The notes under the pieces are model-generated. The model had not been told where the DNA came from. It saw only the letters and a list, made by a program, of their open reading frames with translations, and made no database searches. Below are positions 59,088-64,000 of a DNA stretch of 64,000 nt, piece by piece. The position numbers and the translations under genes were made by a program. The stretch comes from an uncultured Pseudomonadota bacterium. GTDB taxonomy: Bacteria; Oederibacteriota; Muellerivitia; Muellerivitales; Muellerivitaceae. Numbering within the stretch: position 1 is the stretch's first letter; every line of letters starts with the position of its first letter. The stretch lies in assembly GCA_963836235.1 (NCBI GenBank), contig CAWIIP010000002.1, positions 1,504,001 through 1,568,000 of the forward strand, in the 5' to 3' direction.

Positions 59088-59600
59088 TTGAACTACGGCA
59101 TTTTAGCCGATACCCGGGGTGTCTTGACGCCCGCACAAATCCACTCGCTCAAAAAAGCTTTTAAAGGGGTGGATTACATTTTGCACGCGGGGCCGGTGGG
59201 GGACTTGAGAGTGATCGAACAATTGACGAAAATCGCGCCGACCCGGGCTGTTTGTGGAAACGCAGAAAGTCCCATCGTTCGTTCCGAACTTTTTGCGTGG
59301 CAAGCCTGGAAAGCAGGACTTTTGAAAATAGGGTTGATTCATGGTTATGGTAAGCCCCATGGGTTAAAGGCTTGGCTTTTGAAGCAATTCGAAACCAGCC
59401 CGGTCCAGGTCATTGTTTATGGCCGCAACTTCGAACCCACCGCGCGGCAAATAGGGGGCACCTATTTCTTCAGTCCCGGTTCTTTTTCGGGCGGCCTGCC
59501 GGAGGGATTTCACGGCAAGAAGGGCTCCTGCCGGGTGGGTTTACTGTTTATTCGCGGTAAAAAAGTAGATGGACAGGCCGGAATCCTGGTCGACGCTTGA
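59088..59600 (+). CDS. YfcE/MJ0936-type metallophosphoesterase homolog with degenerate active site
   Basis: The motif skeleton GILADTRG, ILHAGPV, AVCGNAE, LIHG, IVYGRNF, FSPGS aligns to SDTHG/HAGD/GNND/HG/GHTH/NPGS. Confidence 0.7.
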   Translation: MNYGILADTRGVLTPAQIHSLKKAFKGVDYILHAGPVGDLRVIEQLTKIAPTRAVCGNAESPIVRSELFAWQAWKAGLLKIGLIHGYGKPHGLKAWLLKQFETSPVQVIVYGRNFEPTARQIGGTYFFSPGSFSGGLPEGFHGKKGSCRVGLLFIRGKKVDGQAGILVDA

Positions 59601-59679
59601 CGGCTCCCCCGAGAAAGCCCATATAATAGAGATATCAAAACCGCCATAGAGCGGCATTCGTTCTTAAAGAGAGGCTGAA

Positions 59680-60003
59680 ATGGTTCAATTAACCGATAAC
59701 GCAATTTCCAAAGTGAAGGACTTCGGAGTCAAGAACGAAGCTTATAAAGGAAAAAATTTTAGGGTTTACGTCCAAAGCGGAGGCTGCAATGGCTTTTCCT
59801 ATGGCTTCACCTTTGACCAGCAGCGCGATGGCGATGAAGTGAATAAAGCGGGGGATATTGATATTCTCTTAGATCCCCAAAGCGCCAAGTACTTAAACGG
59901 CGCCAGGATTGATTACGTGGAGGACTATAAGGGAACGGGATTCGTTATCGAGAATCCCAATACCACCGGTTCCTGCGGTTGCGGGCATTCGGTTAGCTTC
60001 TAA
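59680..60003 (+). CDS. A-type Fe-S cluster carrier (IscA/ErpA, HesB family)
   Basis: GGCNGFSY, IDY, F.IENPN, SCGCGHS. Confidence 0.93.
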   Translation: MVQLTDNAISKVKDFGVKNEAYKGKNFRVYVQSGGCNGFSYGFTFDQQRDGDEVNKAGDIDILLDPQSAKYLNGARIDYVEDYKGTGFVIENPNTTGSCGCGHSVSF

Positions 60004-60020
60004 GGACGATTCTTCCAAAA

Positions 60021-60050
60021 GGGACGGGGTGAAAGCCCCGTCCCTTTTTT
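60021..60050 (+). terminator. Rho-independent terminator
   Basis: gggacgggg-tgaaag-ccccgtccc followed by a T run. Confidence 0.85.
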
Positions 60051-60075
60051 ATTTCAAAAGTGAACAAAGGCTCCC

Positions 60076-60765
60076 ATGGCATCCTGGCGACTCATTTACT
60101 CAACTGTGGTCCCCACCCCGGGTCAAATGGCCTATGACGAAGAATTGTTCAAGAGGTTTCAACCCAACCAATCGCCAATTCTAAGGTTTTTCTTTTTTCA
60201 ACGACCTACGCTGACCTTGGGACGATTGGAAGCCAAAAGGCTCAACCTATCCCAACTGCCTTATCCCTATGAAATTCGGCCCACCGGTGGGCGCGCTGTT
60301 CTCCATGGCGCGGGCGACCTTTGCTATTCGGTTATTGCCTCCACCTACGACCCTTTGGTGGGTGGGGAACTTTTGGAAAGCTACCGAAAGATCAGCAATC
60401 TTTTGGCCTATACGCTTCGGGGACTTGACCGCGATGTCCGTCTTTCTGAGGAAAGGCATCCTGGATCGCAAACAGGGCATTGTTTTTCTTCGCCTTCTTT
60501 CGCTGAACTGACGTTTCATGGGAAAAAAGTAGCGGGTGGCGCCCAGGCCCGGGAAGGCAATAGCTTTCTCCAACAAGGGGTGATCCTTTTGTCTGTCGCA
60601 TCCGAATGGAAAAATCTTTTTTCGGAAAACACCGAAAGCCACATGGCGGGTTTAAATGATGATCCATCTCTCGTAACCTTAAGCCGCCAAGACCTGGAAA
60701 AGGCCATCGTGGCGGCGTTTGAGGAAGCCGGAATTACCTTTGAGAAGCCGATGGCCGCTGTGTAG
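60076..60765 (+). CDS. Lipoate-protein ligase / octanoyltransferase (LplA/LipM family)
   Basis: QMAYDE, RPTGGRAVLH, CF, GKKVAGGAQ, LQQG. It is adjacent to lpdA. Confidence 0.88.
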   Translation: MASWRLIYSTVVPTPGQMAYDEELFKRFQPNQSPILRFFFFQRPTLTLGRLEAKRLNLSQLPYPYEIRPTGGRAVLHGAGDLCYSVIASTYDPLVGGELLESYRKISNLLAYTLRGLDRDVRLSEERHPGSQTGHCFSSPSFAELTFHGKKVAGGAQAREGNSFLQQGVILLSVASEWKNLFSENTESHMAGLNDDPSLVTLSRQDLEKAIVAAFEEAGITFEKPMAAV

Positions 60766-60806
60766 GATGGGTTATCTCCCTTGGAATTATTGCAAAAAGG
60801 AATGAG

Positions 60807-62102
60807 ATGAAAAAATTTGATGCGCTTATCATCGGTGGCGGGCCGGGGGGCTATACGGCGGCCCTGCTTTTAGCCCAACAAGGAAAAACTATCGCCTTGT
60901 TCGAGAAACGGAAAATCGGTGGTTCCTGCCTGCATGTGGGCTGCATTCCCACAAAATTACTTCAATCGGCCGCAGCCCGCTATCATTCCTTGGCTAAAGA
61001 AGGAAAAAGCTGGGGTATCGAAGCGGATAACGTTCGGTTTAATTTTCAAACCCTTGTGGAACGCACCCAAAAAACAGTCTCCCTCCTGGAACGAGGCATT
61101 CAATCCCAACTTTCCGCCGCCAAGGTGGAAGTGGTCCAGGGTGAGGCGGAAGTAAAGGGACCGAATTTGGTGAAGTGCAATGGGGAAGAATACGAAGGGA
61201 TCAATTTGGTTTTAGCCTTAGGTTCCCGGCCCCGCCACTTGCCAGCTTTTCCAGTGGGCGGCCCGATAGTTACCAGCGATGAGCTCTTGAGCCAACCTAA
61301 ACTTCCACAATCACTCTTGATTGTTGGGGCGGGAGTCATTGGATTGGAATTCGCCTGTCTCTATGCCCAGCTAGGCGTAAAGGTTCGCATGGGGGATGTA
61401 TTACCGAAGCTCCTACCCAACATGGATGAAGAGCTGGGACAAGTCCTGTTGAATTCGGTTCGCAAGTTGGGAGTGGAAATAGAGTTAGGATTATTGGAAG
61501 TCAAACCCAAGGACGAAGAACTCATTTTGGTGTCGGCGGGCAGGTTGCCCAACTCGGATAGGGCCGGCCTTGGCAGTTTGGGATTAAAGGCACCGGGCGG
61601 CAAAATCGAAACCAATGGGTTCATGGAAACCTCGATTCCTGGCGTTTTCGCGCTGGGTGACTTGACAGGCAAATATCCCTATGCCCATACGGCTTACGAG
61701 CACGCCCGTATCGCGGCGGGCCGGTTAAAGGCTGGAACCGAGGAAATGGACGATTTGAAAGTTCCCCACGTGGTTTTCACCGCACCGGAAATCGCGGCGG
61801 TGGGTTATACCGAAAGCGAAGCCAAGATGAATTTTAAAAACGTGAAAGTTCTCAAACGCCATTTCGCCGCGAACAGCAAGGCCCGCATCCTAGGGGAAAT
61901 CGGCGGTTGGTCCAAAATGGTTTATGACGGGGATACCGGCAGGATTTTAGGCCTGCATATGACCGGACCTGAAGCGACGGACCTAATTGGTGAAGCCTGT
62001 CTGTTGGTGTCGCAGAAAATGACCATAGACCAACTCGGTAGGGTGGTTCATCCCCATCCAACCTTAAACGAGATATTTGGGGGCCCATTAAAGCCTTTTT
62101 AG
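60807..62102 (+). CDS. lpdA: Dihydrolipoamide dehydrogenase
   Basis: GGGPGGY, GGSCLHVGCIPTK redox disulfide, GAGVIGLE, HPHPTLNE. Confidence 0.9.
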   Translation: MKKFDALIIGGGPGGYTAALLLAQQGKTIALFEKRKIGGSCLHVGCIPTKLLQSAAARYHSLAKEGKSWGIEADNVRFNFQTLVERTQKTVSLLERGIQSQLSAAKVEVVQGEAEVKGPNLVKCNGEEYEGINLVLALGSRPRHLPAFPVGGPIVTSDELLSQPKLPQSLLIVGAGVIGLEFACLYAQLGVKVRMGDVLPKLLPNMDEELGQVLLNSVRKLGVEIELGLLEVKPKDEELILVSAGRLPNSDRAGLGSLGLKAPGGKIETNGFMETSIPGVFALGDLTGKYPYAHTAYEHARIAAGRLKAGTEEMDDLKVPHVVFTAPEIAAVGYTESEAKMNFKNVKVLKRHFAANSKARILGEIGGWSKMVYDGDTGRILGLHMTGPEATDLIGEACLLVSQKMTIDQLGRVVHPHPTLNEIFGGPLKPF

Positions 62103-62202
62103 GGTCTTCATTTTGGTTCAGTCTTTGTCTTTTTTACCGTTAGAATGTGGAGGAAATGGGTCGGGTTGGTTTTAATTGTTTGGTCTTTTGGGAGGAGTCG
62201 GA

Positions 62203-62562
62203 ATGAAGTGGCTTGCCGGTTTTTTATTCATGCTCTCTTTAACGGTTGGGGCTTCCGTCCTGGCGGATCCTCCTATGAAGGTTGTCTATAGCACTTCGGC
62301 TTCCACCCATTTCAGTTGGAAATGGCCCTATCATCCTGTTGAAAAATATACGGCTGTTCAGACCAAACCTTATTACTATACGGGCCACATCCTTTATCTC
62401 AGCGATGAAGACGTTTCTAAATACCGGTTCTATTTTCCGCAGAGAACCTGCCGGAATGAATGGGGTTATTTTTTTCCACGGGGGACCAAGCTTTGTCCCA
62501 AGCGCCCCGCCATTATTTTTGACGATCCCAAGGCCTATACGGAAGTCATCTACCAGAAATAA
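62203..62562 (+). CDS. Secreted hypothetical protein
   Basis: GGAGG SD, a signal peptide and an aromatic-rich mature region. Confidence 0.6.
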   Translation: MKWLAGFLFMLSLTVGASVLADPPMKVVYSTSASTHFSWKWPYHPVEKYTAVQTKPYYYTGHILYLSDEDVSKYRFYFPQRTCRNEWGYFFPRGTKLCPKRPAIIFDDPKAYTEVIYQK

Positions 62563-62843
62563 ACTGTAGCGGTGGAAGATTAAGCTTTCGAGAGGGAATC
62601 CTACCCTCAATTTCAGTTTAGGTTATTCCTACAATTTTGTTCAAAGGCTTTTTTCCTATTTCAAAATTTCCAAAGTTTTTCACAAAAATCCTCTCTTTTT
62701 GATTTTTTTTTGTCCTCAAACATCCATTCGGGATAAAATTTCGCCCGGTTTTTAGAGAATGTTACTTTTCCCCGCTGGTATGACAATTGCTTTACTCCAA
62801 GGAGAGAACAGGGTTTCTAAAACCCGTCGATCGAGGGGTGAAG

Positions 62844-63332
62844 ATGTTCCGAAAATTCAAATTCGAAGAAGACCTATATGAGAAGCTCCAGGCAATACCG
62901 ATGTCCACCCGTTTTAAACTGGACCGAATTGGCCTCAAGTTGAATGCTAAAAGCTGGAACCGGTTTTCAAGCGAGGAAAAACAGGTTCTTTGTCATTTAT
63001 CCGTCCGAAGCCAAGGGGAGGTGGAATGTTATAAGGAGTACCTTCTTTACTTACTCCACCGATTGAAAGAAAAAGTCGAATGGTCAGACCCCGAAACGTC
63101 GAAGCGGGAAAAAAACCAATGGGAAACCTTGACGCGAATCCCAGAAAGCGTTTATTTGAAGGTTCTTACCTTAAAGGGTCTTTTGACCGCAGTGGAATGG
63201 ATTCGCTTGGATGATTTGGAACGCTACTCCCTGTTTCGTCTTTCGACGGATAAGTACAGCGAGACCCAATTCGCGAAAGCCCTGGAAGAATTTCTTGGTA
63301 TTTCCATGGCTAAAAGAGCCGAAGCTTCCTAG
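62844..63332 (+). CDS. Nitrate reductase-associated protein family member
   Basis: FKFEED...L..IPMS.RFKLD..GLKL...W..FS.EE and W..LDDLERY.L..L patterns of the Nitr_red_assoc family. Confidence 0.7.
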   Translation: MFRKFKFEEDLYEKLQAIPMSTRFKLDRIGLKLNAKSWNRFSSEEKQVLCHLSVRSQGEVECYKEYLLYLLHRLKEKVEWSDPETSKREKNQWETLTRIPESVYLKVLTLKGLLTAVEWIRLDDLERYSLFRLSTDKYSETQFAKALEEFLGISMAKRAEAS

Positions 63333-63336
63333 ATTA

Positions 63337-63368
63337 TCCTCTACTTGTAACCCGATAGAGGTTTTTTT
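63337..63368 (+). terminator. Probable rho-independent terminator
   Basis: cctcta...tagagg stem followed by T7. Confidence 0.5.
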
Positions 63369-63471
63369 GTAACAACAGTTTAACCTGGGTTTGAGACTAT
63401 TCATTCAAGCCGGTGGCCCGCTCTACCTTTCCCCTCAACGCCAAGGACCACAAGCGTTTTGAGGAGGAACC

Positions 63472-63654
63472 ATGTTGAGATTGGACACTTATTCGGAAAG
63501 CATCCTGTTTCAATGTGATCGTTGTAGGCACATCGGGGAACTGATTACCGAAGTGGTGGAAGATGAGGGTTTTTTCTATTGTTGGGGTTGCTTAGCCGAA
63601 ATGAACCGAAAAAAAGGAAAGGAGGTAAAAAAAGGAAAATATGCCATTAAATGA
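63472..63654 (+). CDS. Small zinc-finger-like protein
   Basis: CDRC...CWGC with a basic tail and a strong GAGGAGG SD. Confidence 0.65.
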   Translation: MLRLDTYSESILFQCDRCRHIGELITEVVEDEGFFYCWGCLAEMNRKKGKEVKKGKYAIK

Positions 63655-63884
63655 AAGCCAAGTTTTGGAGACGAATGTAGAATGTTTCCACTGTCGAATC
63701 CTAGTCGATTCGCGATCTGTCTTTACTACGGAAACAAAAACCCACTTTTGTTTAACCTGTTGGTTGGAAAAAAGCCAAAGTCGGCTTTCTTACCGGCGTT
63801 TAACCATCGTCGAACTTTAAAATTTATTCCGGTTATTAATTCCATATCCCGATTGGGAGTTGGAATTTTTTATTTTGGTCCGAA

Positions 63885-64000
63885 TCATATTTGAATTTTC
63901 GAGAAGAGATAGCTTCCGACCGCCAAAAAGAAAGCCGAAACCAAGGTTAACACCGCCAAATCCGTTCCCCATCCATAAAAGGAAGCTTGCCCCAATGCCG
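63885..64000 (-). CDS. 3' end of a membrane protein, probably an ABC-2 type permease (truncated by window edge)
   Basis: The minus-strand frame reads ...ALGQASFYGWGTDLAVLTLVSAFFLAVGSYLFSKIQI*, which resembles ABC-2 permease C-termini. Confidence 0.6.
   Translation of the reverse strand, partial: ALGQASFYGWGTDLAVLTLVSAFFLAVGSYLFSKIQI

Noticed and set aside
63682-63894. 70-aa plus-strand ORF
   Set aside because: It has no SD or motif, lies in an AT-rich intergenic region and overlaps the end of the minus-strand permease.

Overview
Bacterial chromosomal window of moderate GC, from a Gram-negative-type cell (hldD, outer-membrane-barrel-like and lipoprotein genes). There is no intact prophage, IS, CRISPR array or reverse transcriptase. 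Housekeeping genes include hldD, purC, an M3 oligoendopeptidase, qor, ispH, addAB, czcD, queD, nadE, iscA/erpA, a lipoate ligase, lpdA and tRNA-Val(CAC). Five loci stand out. (1) A phcB-like methyltransferase is coupled to a double-transmitter hybrid kinase and a REC-pseudokinase, a candidate fatty-acid-methyl-ester quorum-sensing operon. (2) The addB-addA operon is interrupted by cargo genes and a Phd/VapC toxin-antitoxin pair bracketed by a diverged duplicate of the addA 5' end, and REP-like palindromes sit in-frame inside addB and addA. (3) hpnCDE squalene genes are translationally coupled to a tandem array of four GT-C/TPR membrane glycosyltransferase-like paralogs. (4) A divergent SGNH + 40-aa DltX/PatC-like peptide (FIYVDF) + MBOAT acylation triad is present. 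(5) A Thr/Pro-rich lipoprotein with an in-frame G12 tract is followed by a duplicated two-gene module (secreted protein + TraF-like barrel) that shares an ~853-bp essentially identical repeat. All family calls come from motif recognition by eye; no database search was run.
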